Shown: positions 1 to 13,319, numbered from the stretch's first letter. The stretch: 64,000 nucleotides of DNA from the human T2T-CHM13v2.0 reference genome, Homo sapiens (GCF_009914755.1 NC_060937.1); one strand, 5' to 3'. Numbers and translations are program-made. The notes: generated by a model from the sequence alone, not told the origin.

Positions 1-1297
1 TGAGAAACAGACCTCGTCCTATTTCTGTTTCTTCTCGGTTTATTGTAACTACTGCATGGAACTGTAGCCTACATTCCGTGATTGTTCCTTCAAGAAAAAC
101 TAAAACTCAGCTGTGTTAGAGAATTCTAGGGTGTGTATCATTTGTCTTTCTTTTGCTGAGTATATACAAGAGAGCTTTATGATTAACTGATTATAAAAAG
201 GAGAAAGTTTCATAATTGGGTTTTATAGAGCTGTGGATTTTGCATTAAGTGGTTTACTGAAAAAAGTTGGAAACATTGATTCGAGACATTAGACCACTCT
301 GATTAAATTTATGGTACATGGGGGAAGATTGGAGCCAATTACAGGATTAAGAGTCCACACTGGTGATGTAATTCTACCTAAAATATGGCCTATCTGGTGA
401 TTACTTTAAAACTCTTGACCCTGGTTTTTCTACTATATACTCATTTCTTCAAAAATTGTCCCCACTGGGAGTAATTGGCACACTTAGCTTTCTAGAACAG
501 AAGTGAGATTCAAGAACTCCTTTAACTATCCATTTTTGGACAAGTTCATGGAATACTGTATCATTTTAAATCTTATTATTTGTAACATTTAACTATGTGA
601 ACGTTTTTAATGTCTGGCAGTAGATAATTTTAAAAGGTGATTGGCATATTTATAGAATGGAATATTATACAAACATATAATTGCATTGTTTCAAGTCTGC
701 TAGATTACTTATGAAATGCTCATAACATAATGTTAAATGGAAACAAAACAAGTTACATAACACCATATTCAGTGTGATCCCAAATATATGAGATTGTGTA
801 AGTGTACGTGTGGATATTTGGGGGCCAAGCATTCTGGAATAAACTCTTACAAAATGTTTGTAGTGGTTATCTCTGGAGATGGTTTGATAGTACATTTCTG
901 GGTTTTTTTAATTAATTTATAATTTCCCAAAATTTTGGAATTTTCTACGATGAATTAACATGTCTTTGTTCTTTTATAATTCAGAAAAAACATAATTTTG
1001 TAAATGACTTTTGTCCTTCAAAGTGGTTCTGTTGGAGACTGCACAATTATCACAAAGATGCTGTCCTTTGTTCATTTTTGTAAATTACTCCCAAATCCAA
1101 TCCAAAGCAATGTTTTTACTTTATAACTACATTTCATTGTTTTTTCTTACTTTTAAAAATGTTCTTATGCTGTTCACTCATCCACTTTGTTCTATATCCT
1201 TGGCTTCAAATATTTAGTGGATTCCAAATATAAAATGTGCCTTCTTAAGACAAAAATTTACTATTCTGAGGATATTTGAAAGACTGTATAAGGGCTC

Positions 1298-1705
1298 TGT
1301 ATTAGTCAGTTGAGCCACCATAACAAGATACCATAGACTAGGAGTGTGAAACACAAGAAATGTTACTGGAGAGAGTCTCGAATGGGATCCGGCATGGCTG
1401 GATCTGGTGAGGACTCCTTTCCTGGCTTGCAGAAGGCCACCTTCTCACCATGTCCTTACATGGCAGAGACACTGAGAGAGTAACAGAGAGATAGAGAGCA
1501 CTCTGGTGTCTCTCCTTCTGAGAACACTAATCCTATCAGAATGGGGACCTACATTGGCCTCGATTGGATCTCCTAGAGAAAGCCCTGGAGATGACCTCAT
1601 TTAACCTTAATTTCTTCCATAAAGACTGTATCTCTAAATACAGTCACATTGGAGGTTAGTGCTTCAACACATGAATTTGGGAGGAACACTATTCAGCCCA
1701 CAGCA
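1298..1705 (-). mobile_element. MaLR solo LTR (MLT1A/B-like)
   Basis: Starts TGTATTAGTCAG and ends ATTCAGCCCACAGCA. Internal GGTGAGGACTCC...GGCTTGCAGA and AATACAGTCACATTGGAGGTTAG...CAACACATGAATTTGG match recalled MLT1 consensus. Subfamily uncertain. Confidence 0.7.
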
Positions 1706-4700
1706 TGTTCTGAAAGTATTTCCAAATGAAGAGTTTCCAAAAGTTTTTGAGCATTTGTTGCCATAAAGCATATTATTTGTCCATTTTCACACTGTGCAGA
1801 CAACACCACTTATTTTGATGAACAAGTTTCCAGGGACTTTGTTTTGTGGAATGATTTATGATCAATTCTGCTGCAATGCTTACTTCTTAAACACAAATTA
1901 GCTCATATCTGATTGTGAAATGAAAGAATGATGTTTGTGTCCAGAAATTTTGTGACTGCTTCTGTCATTTTCCTGAGCACATTTTTTTTTCATGCAATCA
2001 AGTGCAAGCTTTCTCCAAAATAAGGAAAAGGCCTTAGAAATATATGAAGACGTAAAGACAAAAGCTTAAAATCCTACAGAAGTTACTTTAGTGCAAATCT
2101 GGCTGCTTTAGAGACTTCATAAACAACCACATTTATTTTAAACCTATTTGGGGAAGCTACAACTACAGATGAAAAGGCTGCAAATATATTTTCTCCATGT
2201 TAAGAAAGAAAAGGATGAAGAAAACTTTGCCCTGAATTAAATTTTAATGTTGATGAAAATTGTCACTATTAGAAATGAACCACACATAAGTTCCAGGGCT
2301 TTGGGCTGCAAAGGACCAATACTAGGTGCACAGGCCAGCATGCAGTTTTCACCAGGCTAGTGTTTTATTGGATTATTATTGCTTTTATCTATCTTTGGTT
2401 ACAAAGTGCTATTGATTTTGAGGGATCCTCCTAATCCCATTTTCCTCATAAATCCTATTATTTTTAATCTGCAATTTTGCAGAAGACATGGTTTTTTGCA
2501 ACATATATGGAGTTTTTGCAGAAGTGCCAATACGTCAAACATTTTATGCTAATAAAAAAACTGATTAATTACATCACTGTATAATCCTCCCTCCTGACTC
2601 CTTTCAAAACTCAACTCTTTTGAAAGATTTCCTAATCACCTGTCTGCATCCCCACCAGTTCAATTGCTAACACCCCCCACCGTGTCTTTTACTTCTATTT
2701 TATGGTGCCCTCCACAGTTTATTAGATTTCTTTCTCAGTGAATTCTGAGTTCCATGAAAGAAAAAAAAAAAACCTATTCTATCTTTTAATCCCAGCACTT
2801 GATTGTGCAGAGCTACTGACATTCATTGAGTGACATTAGCCAGATGGCAGGAGTCCAGCTCTGAGTGTAGGGACCCTGCAGGTTGTACTAACCACTGCAT
2901 TCCTAGCATATAGCATATAGGACGCTCAATAGACACGTGTCCACTGAAATGGGTGCCATGAATGAATGAAGTGACAGCCTCTGTACTGTTTATACCATCT
3001 TCCCACAGACCTGCTTTCCATATGTTAACTTGGTGTTTTTCACCACACCTAAGAGCTGGCAAGATCAAGAAATATTTCCATCTTGGATATAAGAAAATTG
3101 CCCTGTATACAGTTAAAGGGGCTAGAGAAGCCCACAGTCAGAGCAGTCACAGACAGGGCCTGGACGAAGGTCTGCCAACTTTCAGGCCATGACTCTTTTT
3201 GTTCAGGCTGAGTTCTCACCTTATTTTTTTTTTTTTTTAACTTTTGCATCAAGTTCCTATACCCCAGATTCAGCTTCCTGCTAGACTATATAAATGATTT
3301 CTGGCACTGGCATACCTATACACACACACACGCCATCATCCTACTTTTTCTCATGCTATTTTTAGACGGGATATCATTCATATGTGATATCTAAATTTTT
3401 CTAAATCTGCCTAGGGGTTTAAAGAAAATGTCTGCGACACACAGACTGCCTAGTTCCTAAGTATTAACTAGCAGTTCCTTCCAACCTCTTAATGAAACCC
3501 ATCCTCTTTTGACAATCTCTCTCATAGACTCAAGATTTCGGGGTTCCAGGTTTTGGCAGTTGTTCATACTCACCACGCTGCTTCCATCTCAGAACTTTTG
3601 CACATACTGTTCCCTCTGCCTGGAAAGCATCCTCACTCAACTCTTAGATCTTCCTCAAGCCCCTCCTCTGGAAAGCTTTCTGTGACCTCTACAATCACAC
3701 TGATTTCCCCTATGTTAGGTTCTCATAGCACAATATACCTCTACCTTGGGTCCCTTGTCATAGATGCAATTTTACAAGGATGTTTGTGAGTCATTGATGG
3801 ATATCTGCAAGGTAGCAGACTCTATGCTGGTTTTTTCCCAAGTACAGAGCTTGGCACATTACTGCCAGGTCCATCCTGGCCTCATCTTCTTGTTCACTTC
3901 ACTGTGGCATCCCAGCCACCACCTGAGTGCCCTTTCTGGTGCTAGCCTCAGTACCTGGATCCGTTTTGTCCAAACTGTTCTTAAATAATGTCTGAGCTGC
4001 ATGCTTTTTTCTGTTGTAATCCTCTATTATGCCACAGGAGCCCTATTAATGTGATGATGAGATGTGGGGAAGGAGAAGTGCTCAATAGTCCTATAATTAG
4101 GGCCCGGTTTTCAGATGAGCTTGTGTTCTCGGGCTGTAACCTTCCCAAGCACTTCTCAGTTTTGCTTCTTTTGTTTCCTACTGCCTTTTCCCACCTCCCA
4201 CCATGAAAACCAGAGGGTGCTGAAGGTGGGTATTTCCTTTCCCCATGTCAATCAGTCTTTTGTGAAACCCCCATAGTTGAAGCACTGGTAAAGTATAATA
4301 GTTTCTCTTGAGAGCAGATCTCTTTAAAACAACAGCAACAACAACAACAAAAACCACAGAATTTTCTGGATATAATTCAAAAAGGTTATTTTTTTTTTCT
4401 CACCTGCTGGAAAGACAAAGGGATTTTTTTTTCTTCTGATTTTCACTATGAGAACCTTGTAGGGCTTTTGGAGGTAAAACTCACGGAAGAGTAGGACCCC
4501 ACCTCACCCTACACCTGGACCCCAAGGCGTTTTTAACTCTCAGGCTTGTTCACAAGGAGCCTTGAGAAATTCATCAGTTTGAGTTTAGCTTTTTCTACCC
4601 TGGTCCTGGTTCCTGAAGAGTTTTCTGCTCTGGGGCTTCTGATCTGGTAAGCTGTGATTCTCTCCATCTGCCTTTGTCTCTTCAATCTTAGGGACAGCAT

Positions 4701-4733
4701 TTTGCCCTGTGACCTCACTTCTCTGATGGATAG

Positions 4734-5131
4734 TGTCAGGCCTCTGAGCCCAAGCTAAGCCATCCCCTGTGACCTGCACGTACACATCCAGATGGCCGGT
4801 TCCTGCCTTAACTGATGACATTCCACCACAAAAGAAGTGAAAATGGCCTGTTCCTGCCTTAACTGATGACATTGTCTTGTGAAATTCCTTCTCCTGGCTC
4901 ATCCTGGCTCAAAAGCTCCCCCACTGAGAAACTTGTGACCCCCACTCCTGCCTGCCAGAGAACAACCCCCCTTTTTCCTTTACCTACCCAAATTCTATAA
5001 AACAGCCCCACCCCATCTCCCTTAGCTGACTCTCTTTTCAGACTCAGCCCACCTGCACTCAAGTGAAATAAACAGCTTTATTGCTCACACAAAGCCTGTT
5101 TGGTGGTCTCTTCACACGGACGCACATGACA
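4734..5131 (+). promoter_or_regulatory. 5' LTR7 (promoter/enhancer LTR)
   Basis: 398 bp. U3 duplication GTTCCTGCCTTAACTGATGACATT x2, ACAAAAGA at 4828-4835, TATA (CTATAAAA) near 4995, AATAAA at 5067-5072. Confidence 0.95.
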
Positions 5132-5133
5132 TT

Positions 5134-5151
5134 TGGTGCTATGACTCAGAT
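5134..5151 (+). other. Primer-binding site for tRNA-His
   Basis: TGGTGCTATGACTCAGAT versus canonical TGGTGCCGTGACTCGGAT (15/18, all differences are CpG-type transitions), 2 nt after the 5' LTR. Confidence 0.9.
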
Positions 5152-5744
5152 GGGGGGACCTCCCTTGGGAAATCAATCCCCTGTCCTCTTGTTCTTTGCT
5201 CCATGAGAAAGATCCACCTACGACCTCAGGTCCTCAGACCGACCAGCCCAAGAAACATCTCACCAATTTCAAATCCGATCAGCAGCCTCTTTTTACTCTC
5301 TTCTCCAACCTCCCTCACTATCCCTCAACCTCTTTCTCCTTTCAATCTTGGCACCACACTTCAATCTCTCCCTTCTCTTAATTTCAATTCCTTTCATTTT
5401 CTGGTAGAGACAAAGGAGACACGTTTTGTCCATGGACCCAAAACTCCAGCACCAGTCACGGACTGGGAAGGCAGCCTTCCTTTGGTGTTTAATCATTGCA
5501 GGGATGCCTCTGTGATTATTCACCCACGTTTCAGAGGTGTCAGACCACGCAGGGACGCCTGCCTTGGTCCTTCACCCTTAGCGGCAAGTCCTGCTTTTCT
5601 GGGGGAGGGGCAAGTGCCCCAATCCCTTCTCTCCCTGTCTCTACCCATTCTCTGCTTTTCTGGGGGAGAGGCAAGAACCCCTCAACCCCTTCTCCTTCAC
5701 CGTTAGTGGCAAGTCCTGCTTTTCTGGAGGAGGGGCAAGTACCC

Positions 5745-5900
5745 CAACCTCATATCTCTGCGCCCAGATCCCTTATTTCCGTGCCCCAATGTCTTATATC
5801 TCTGCGCCCCAATCCCTTATTTCTGCGCCTCAACCTCCTATATCTCTGCACCCTGATCCCTTATTTCCATGCCCCGACCTTGTATCTCTGCGCCCCGACC
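5745..5900 (+). repeat. HERV-H leader tandem repeats (about 20-25 bp degenerate units, CCTTATATCTCTGCGCCCC-like)
   Basis: Recurrent TATCTCTGCGCCCC and TATTTCYGYGCCCC units visible across the interval, typical of the HERV-H pre-gag leader. Confidence 0.7.
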
Positions 5901-6089
5901 CCTTTCCTGCTTTTCTGGAGGGTAAGAACCCCCGAACCACTTCCCTCCGTGTGTCTGCTCTCCCTTTTCTTTAAACTTGCCTCCTTCACTATAGGCAACT
6001 TTCTACCCCCCATTCCTCCTTCTTCTCCCTTAGCCTGTGTTCTCAAAAACTTAAAACCTCTTCAACTCACACCTGACCTATAACTTAAA

Positions 6090-7210
6090 TGCCTTATTTT
6101 CTTCTGCAATGCCATTTGACCCCAATACAAACTCGACAATAGTTCCAAATAGCCAGAAAACGGCACTTTCAATTTTTCCATCCTGCAAGATCTAAATAAT
6201 TCTTGTCGTAAAATAGGCAAACGGTCTGAAGTGCCTGATGTCCAGGCATTCTTTTACACATTGGTCCCTTCCTAGTCTCTGTGCCCAATGCAACTCGTAC
6301 CAAATCTTCCTCCTTTCCCTCCCGCCTGTCCCCTCAGTCCGAACCCCAAGTGTTGCTGAGTCTTTCTAATCTTCCTTTTCTACAGACCCATCTGACCTCT
6401 CCCCTCCTCGCCAGGCTGAGCTAGGTCCCAATTCTTCCTCAGCCTCCACTCCTCCACCCTATAATCCTTTTATCACCTCCCCTCCTCACACCTGGTCCGG
6501 CTTATAGTTTCATTCCTCGACTAGCTCTCCCCCACCTGCCCAGCAATTTCCTCTTAAAAATGTGGCTGGAGCTAAAGGCATAGTGAAGGTTAATGCTCCT
6601 TTTTCTTTAACCGACCTCTCCCAAATCAGTTAGCGTTTAGACTCTTTTTCATCAAATATAAAAAACCCAGCCCAGTTCATGGCTCGTTCGGCAGCAACCT
6701 TGAGACGCTTTACAGCCCTAGACCCTAAAAGGTCAAAAGGCCGTCTTATTCTCAATATACATTTTATTACCCAATCTGCTCCCGATATTAAATAAAACTC
6801 CAAAAATTAAATTCCGGCCCTCAAACCCCACAACAGGATTTAATTAACCTCGCCTTCAAGGTGTACAATAATAGAAAAAAGTTGCAATTCCTTGCCTTCA
6901 CTGTGAGACAAACCCCAGCCATATCTCCAGCACACAAGAACTTCCAAACGCCTGACTGCAGCGGCCAGGCATTCCTCCAGAACCTCCTCCCCCAGGAGCT
7001 TGCTACAAGTGCCGGAAATCTGGCCACTGGGCCAAGGAATGCCCACAGCCCGGGATTCCTCCTAAGCCGCATCCCATCTGTGTGGGACCCCACTGGAAAT
7101 CGGACTGTTCAACTCACCTGGCAGCCACTCCCAGAGCCCCTGGAACTCTGGCCCAAGGCTCTCTGACTGACTCCTTCTCAGATCTTCTCAGCTTAGCAGA
7201 TGAAGACTGA
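6090..7210 (+). pseudogene. gag: HERV-H gag remnant
   Basis: CCHC zinc knuckle CYKCRKSGHWAKEC at 7001-7042 and a degenerate second knuckle HPICVGPHWKSDC at about 7070-7108. Many stops upstream. Boundaries approximate. Confidence 0.8.
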
Positions 7211-7271
7211 CACTGCCTGATCGCCTTGGAAGCCTGCAGGACCATCACAGACGCTCTAGGTAACTCTCACA

Positions 7272-7631
7272 GTGGAGGGTAAGTCCGTCCCCTTCTTAAT
7301 CAATACGGAGGCTACCCAGTCCACATTACCTTCTTTTCAAGGGCCTGTTTCCCTTGCCTCCATAACTGCTGTGGGTATTGATGGCCAGGCTTCTAAACCT
7401 CTTAAAACTCCCCAACTCTGGTGCCAACTTAGACAATATTCTTTTAAGCACTCCTTTTTAGTTATCCCCACCTGCCCAGTTCCCTTATTAGGCCAAGACA
7501 CCTTAACTAGATTATCTGCTTCCCTGACTATTCCTGGACTACAGCTACATCTCATTGCCACCCTTCTTCCCAATCCAAAGCCTCCTTTGTGTCCTCCTCT
7601 TGTATCCCCCCACCTTAACCCACGAGAATAA
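7272..7631 (+). pseudogene. pro: HERV-H protease remnant
   Basis: ORF contains FLINTEA (catalytic DTGA degenerate) and PVPLLGQD (LLGRD motif). Non-ATG start. Confidence 0.85.
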
Positions 7632-7649
7632 GATACCTCTACTCCCTCC

Positions 7650-9630
7650 TTGGCGACCGATCATGCACCCCTTACCATCTCATTAAAACCTAATCACTCT
7701 TACCCCACTCAATGCCAAGATCCCATCCCACAGCACGCTTTAAAAGGATTAAAGCCTGTTATCACTCGCCTGCTGCAGCATGGCCTTTTAAAGCCTATAA
7801 ACTCTCCTTACAATTTCCCCATTTTACCTGTCCTAGAACCAGACAAGCCTTACAGGTTAGTTCAGGATCCGCACCTTATCAACCAAATTGTTTTGCCTAT
7901 CCACCCCGTGGTGCTGAACCCATATACTCTCCTATCCTCAATACCTCCCTCTACAACGCATTATTCTGTTCTAGATCTCAAACATGCTTTCTTTACTATT
8001 CCTTTGCACCCTTCATCCCAGCCTCTCTTTGCTTTCACTTGGACTGACCCTGACACCCATCAGGCTCAGCAAATTACCTGGGCTGTACTGCCTCAAGGCT
8101 TCACAGTCATCCCCCATTACTTCAGTTAAGCCCAAATTTCTTCCTTATCTGTTACCTGTCTCGGCGTAATTCTTATAAAAACACACGTGCTCTCCCTGCC
8201 AATCGTGTCTGACTGATCTCTCAAATCCCAACACCTTCTACATCCTAGGCATGGTTAGATACTTTCGACTTTAGATACCTGGTTTTGCCATCCTAACAAA
8301 ACCATTATATAAACTTACAAAAAGAAACCTAGCTGACCCCATAAATCCTAAATCCTTTCCCTACTCCTTTTTCCGTTCCTTGAAGACACCTTTAGAGGCT
8401 GCCCCCACCCGAGCTCTCCCTGACTCATCCCAACCCTTTTCATTATACACAGCCGAAGTGCAGGGCTGTGCAGTCAGAATTCTTACACAAGGACCGGGAT
8501 CGCGTCCTGTAGCCTTTTTGTCCAAACAACGTGACCTTACTGTTTTAGGCTGGCCATCATGTCTCCGTGCTGCGGCTGCTGCCGCCCTAATACTTTTAAA
8601 GGCCCTCAAAATCACAAACTATGCTCAACTCACTCTCTACAGCTCTCATAATTTCCAAAATCTATTTTCTTCCTCATACCCGACGCATATACTTTCTGCT
8701 CCCCGGCTCCTTCAGCTGTACTCACTCTTTGTTGAGTCTCCCACAATTACCATTGTTCCTGGCCCGGACTTCAATCTGGCCTCCCACATTATTCCTGATA
8801 CCACACCTGACCCTCATGACTGCATCTCTCTGATCCACCTGACGTTCACCCCATTTCCCCACATTTTCTTCTTCCCTGTTTCTCACCCTGATCACACTTG
8901 GTTTATTGATGGCAGTTCCAACAGGCCTAATCACCACACACCAGAAAGGCAGGCTATGCTATAGTACAAGCCACTAGCCCACCTCTTAAAACCTCTCATT
9001 TCCTTTCCATCGTAGAAATCTATCCTCAAGGAAATAACTTCTCAGTGTTCCATCTGCTATTCTACTACTTCTCAGGGATTATTCAGGCCCCCTCCCTTCC
9101 CTACACATCAAGCTTGAGGATTTGCCCCCACCCAGGACTGGCAAATTAGCTTTACTCAACATGCCCCGAGTCAGATAACTAAAATACCTCTTAGTCTAGG
9201 TAGACACTTTCACTAGATAAGTAGAGGTCTTTCCCACAGGGTCTGAGAAGGCCACCACGGTCATTTCTTCCCTTCTGTCAGACATAATTCCTTAGTTTGG
9301 ACTTCCCACCTCTATACAGTCTGATAATGGACCAGCCTTTACTAGTCAAATCACCCAAGCATTTTTTCAGGTTCTTAGTATTCAGTGAAACCTTTATATC
9401 CCTTACGGTCCTCAGTCTTCAGGAAAAGTAGAATAGACTAATGGTCTTTTAAAAACACACCTCACCAAGCTCAGCCACCAACTTAAAAAGGACTGGACAA
9501 TACTTTTACCACTTTCCATTCTCAGAAGTCAGACCTGTCCTCAGAATGCTACAGGGTACAGCCCATTTGAGCTCCTGTATAGACACTCCTTTTTATTAGG
9601 CCCAAGTCTCATTCCAGACACCAGACCAAC
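7650..9630 (+). pseudogene. pol: HERV-H pol remnant (RT, connection/RNase H, integrase fragments)
   Basis: RT motifs SPYNFPILPV, VLDLKHAFF and LPQGF, then a stop with no YxDD seen. ORF 8380-8964 ends with the RNase H start WFIDGSS. Integrase-like DNGPAFTSQI and SSGKVE lie near 9320-9430. Stops, frameshifts and deletions throughout. Confidence 0.9.
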
Positions 9631-10209
9631 ATAGACTGTGCCCCCAAAAAACTTGTCATCCCTACTATCTTCTGTCTAGTCATACTCCTATTCACCATTC
9701 TCAACTACTCATACATACCCTGCTCTTGTTTACACTGCCGGTTTACACTGTTTCTCCAAGCCATCACAGCTGTTATCTCCTGGTGCTATCCCCAGACTGC
9801 CACTCTTAACTCTTGAAGTAAATAAATAATCTTTGCTGGCAGGACTGTGCTGAATCTCCTTAGGCACTCTCTAATCAGATGTCCTGAGTCGTCCCAATTC
9901 TTAGACCTTTTATACCTGTTTTTCTCCTTCTCTTATACCATTTAGTTTTTCAATTCATATAAAACTGTATCCAGGCCATCACCAATAATTCTAAATGACA
10001 AATGTTTCTTCTAACAACCCCACAATGTCATCCCTTACCACAAAAGCTTCCTTCAACTTAATCTCTCCCACTCTAGGTTCCCACGCTGCCCCTAATCCCG
10101 CTCGAAGCAGCCCTGAGAAACATCGCCCTTTATCTCTCCATACCGCCCCCCAAAACTTTCACTGTCCCAACACTTTACCACTATTTCATTTTATTGTTCT
10201 TATTAATAT

Positions 10210-10222
10210 AAGAAGACAGGAA
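10210..10222 (+). other. Polypurine tract
   Basis: AAGAAGACAGGAA immediately before the 3' LTR. Confidence 0.85.
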
Positions 10223-10625
10223 TGTCAGGCCTCTGAGCCCAAGCTAAGCCATCATATCCCCTGTGACCTGCATGTACACATCCAGATGGCTGGTTCCTGC
10301 CTTAACTGATGACATTCCACCACAAAAGAAGTGAAAATGGCCTGTTCCTGCCTTAACTGATGACATTGTCTTGTGAAATTCCTTCTCCTGGCTCATCCTG
10401 GCTCAAAAGCTCCCCCACTGAGTACCTTGTGACCCCTACTCCTGCCCGCCAGGGAACAACCCCCTTTTTTCCTTTACCTACCCAAATCCTATAAAATGGT
10501 CCCACCCCATCTTCCTTCGCTGACTGTCTTTTTGGACTCAGCCCACCTGCACCCAGGTGAAATAAACAGATTTATTGCTCACACAAAGCCTGTTTGGTGG
10601 TCTCTTCACACGGACGCGCATGACA
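10223..10625 (+). promoter_or_regulatory. 3' LTR7
   Basis: 403 bp. By hand alignment it differs from the 5' LTR by 21 substitutions plus one 5-bp indel. AATAAA at 10561-10566 and ACAAAAGA at 10322-10329. Confidence 0.95.
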
Positions 10626-12454
10626 GATAGAAGAAGAGTTGTTGATTTTTCAGTTTGTTCAGTTTTTTCCTCATTGTTCCAAGTCCCTCTTATACTTGAC
10701 CAGAAACCAGAAGTCTAGTTTCCCTCAACAACCCCCGCCCCCGCCCACAACACGAGCAATGGCTTTCTGCTCAGTCCTGGTTGACTTCCCTTCCTGCGTC
10801 TCTACGGAGGTCCCACCATGCTACACATTCTGTCCCTCCTGGGCTCCATAAGGATAAACATCAAGTGACTCAGGAAGAAATATTTTGTGGTTGATATATT
10901 TTAAAACGGGCTATCTGACTTTCTAGATAAGCAATCACTCAAAGTTCATATTTTAAGAGGCCTACATTTCTTTTGTGGATTTTTGTCATACGTCACGTAA
11001 GTAATTTGAGATAATTATTTATATAGAAATAGCCTCAGGTGATAACAAGGACTTAGAAACGTTTATAAGAGCCTCTTTGTTAACGAGGACAAATGAAAAG
11101 AAAATGAAGACAGACAGCAGTGTATGTGTCCGCACCTCTGTGTGTGAGTCAGTCAACAGTCTTTGGAACATTCACTGCCTGAGAACACAGATAGGCTCTG
11201 TAGGAAATTACTAATGAGTTTGCCATCTAATCAGAAAGGCAAAGCCTACAGGAACAATTGCATGCAAAGCTTTCATCACACAGAGAATGAGAATACCCAC
11301 AGAATTAGCAAAGTGAAAGATTAAGAACACAAGAAGGATGAAAGGCAAAAACAGGGTCTTACCTGAACCTCTGGGGAGAATGAAGCCAAGAGGAGCTGAG
11401 ATGGGTGGATGCCTCTCAAACACCAGCCCATGGTTTCCCTTGCACATCTATTTCCCCCTGTTGGTTCCCTCTCCCCTCCACCCACATCCTAATTAAGCCA
11501 TTTTCTGCTCCTGGCCTCAGAGGAAAGGTGTGACTTTGAGCAAAGGAGAGGGTAAAAAAGAATCCTTTGTCTTTTGGGTTCCAAAGGCAGATGCCTCTAG
11601 AGAAATATAAAGCTTGGACAAATTGCCCACAGGGAGTCAGAGAGGACATTTTCTCCTTCTCAGGCTAGAAAAAGATTCTCTAGACTTGTGGAAGATAAAA
11701 GAGAGAGACAGACAGTGAGTATATATGTCAGCATGTCTGTGTTGCATGGAGTCTGTCAACAACAGGAAGAGAATATTGGCAGTTCCCAGAGGGAAGTTCT
11801 TGGGTCCTGCCTCCTGGTTAGGGTCTCATGGGGACAGCAAAACCCACGAGAGGATTGGTGAGACCCAGTGGTAGAAGAAACTGATCTCTTGGCCCAGATT
11901 GAGACCCAAGAAAGAAGCAAGGCTCTTGAAAGGGAATGGATCTGCACAGGAATCAACAGAAGACCCAATGAATAATCGATGTTTCTGTGGACTGATGCCA
12001 TGAAGGAGCAGATGTTCCCCTTCCTATCGTGCCTTGCACTACTTAAGCCCACCTATATACCCACCTGGAAAGGGAAGGAAAGACTCACACTGAGTATTTC
12101 CACTCTTCCCAGAAGAAAGGGGATCTATATTAGAATTAAGTTGAATTACAGAAAGGTACAAAATGTGTTTGTCTATTTAGGTCCAGAGTCACCCTACTAG
12201 AGAATATTTGGAAGAGTTTGGATTATCTAAAATTTATTGCATGTCTATTATGTGTGAGGAACTCAGCTAAGTACTTTCCTCTACTTAATGTTCACCACAA
12301 TCCACCATGTAAAAAGAAATCAAGGCTCAGGAAATTCAGGTAGTTTGACAAGATTACCAAGTTATTGAGTGGCAGGCTAAAACCCCAGCCATCGCCAGAT
12401 AACAAAGCCTGTAGAATTAATCTTTGGTCTATTCTAACTCCTACTGGAGAGCGA

Positions 12455-12600
12455 GATATGCAGTTGGTCCTCTGTATCCATGGGTCTCACATCCATGGAT
12501 CCTCATGATGCCACTTTATGTGAAGGACTTGGATTTTAGTATTTTGAGGTGGTGGGGGCTCCTAAAACCAATCCCCAGTGGATCCCAAGCGTCAGCGGCA
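12455..12600. mobile_element. TcMar-Tigger (MER2-like) fragment
   Basis: CAGTTGGTCCTCTGTATCCATGGG...CCATGGAT start and CCTAAAACCAATCCCCAGTGGAT end resemble Tigger/MER2 termini. Confidence 0.5.
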
Positions 12601-13319
12601 ATGGTTAAATACTCCATCCCTGCCTTCACTGAGTTTACAATCTAGAATGAATAGGAGGAGGAGAGTCCCCGAAGATATTAACCCAGTCCTTGTCAAGAAG
12701 ACACAGGAGCAGTATGGATTGTCTTTTATCTTCATGAGAAGGGAATCTCAGCTAGAGATGGGGGACAATCAGATGTAAATTCTCTCCTTCAAAACAGGTA
12801 GTATTGGTTTTGGAGTCAGTCAGAGTTTAGTGCAAACCTGGGCTATGTCATGTATTAACTCTGTGGCCTCAGGCAGTTAAGTAATCTAGCTGATCTTCAC
12901 TTTCTTTATCCTTAAAACAGGAACAATAATATTCATTTCACAGTCAATGATATCATACAGATAAAATATTCTGCCTAATAGATGGTTGGTGATCAATACA
13001 CATTAGCTCCTTTCCCCTCCCTCCAGCACAAAGCATCCTCAAGAACTACGACCCCATCCTGAGTCATTCCCAGTTCAAGAATTCCCAGTTTGAGATGCCA
13101 GGTGAAACTTCCAAGATGAAGTCAAACCCAAGCTTCTCCTGTTCTCTGTCAGAGAGACATAGCCTGCCTTTGAACCAAAGATGACTTGGACTGTGCAGAA
13201 TTTTTTGAATTTACTTCAGATTAAAAGAGTCACTCCATGCTGGATGCACTGTCTGGCTATGACTGAGGAGGCCTCTGAACCCAAAGCCCTGGCCATCATC
13301 TATCTCTTACAGACACTGT

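Larger units (their letters stand above)
4734..10625 (+). mobile_element. HERV-H provirus, common internally deleted form (5892 bp)
   Basis: Two direct LTRs TGTCAGG...TGACA, 5-bp TSD GATAG (4729-4733 and 10626-10630), tRNA-His primer-binding site, polypurine tract, gag/pro/pol remnants, env largely absent. Confidence 0.97.
4000..10716 (-). mobile_element. Ancient L1M-type 5' region split by the HERV-H insertion (pieces about 4000-4733 and 10626-10716)
   Basis: Removing the provirus rejoins CTGTGACCTCACTTCTCTGATGGATAG with AAGAAGAGTTGTTGATTTTTCAGTTTGTTCAG...CCAGAAACCAGAAGTC, which resembles recalled L1MC/L1MD 5'-end consensus. Left boundary approximate. Confidence 0.5.

Noticed and set aside
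5745-5900. Short repeated units resembling an array
   Set aside because: These are degenerate tandem units without unique spacers and are a normal part of HERV-H.
5203-6083. 167-aa and 195-aa ORFs in the HERV-H leader
   Set aside because: They span C/T-rich low-complexity leader repeats that are poor in stop codons and show no recognisable protein motif.
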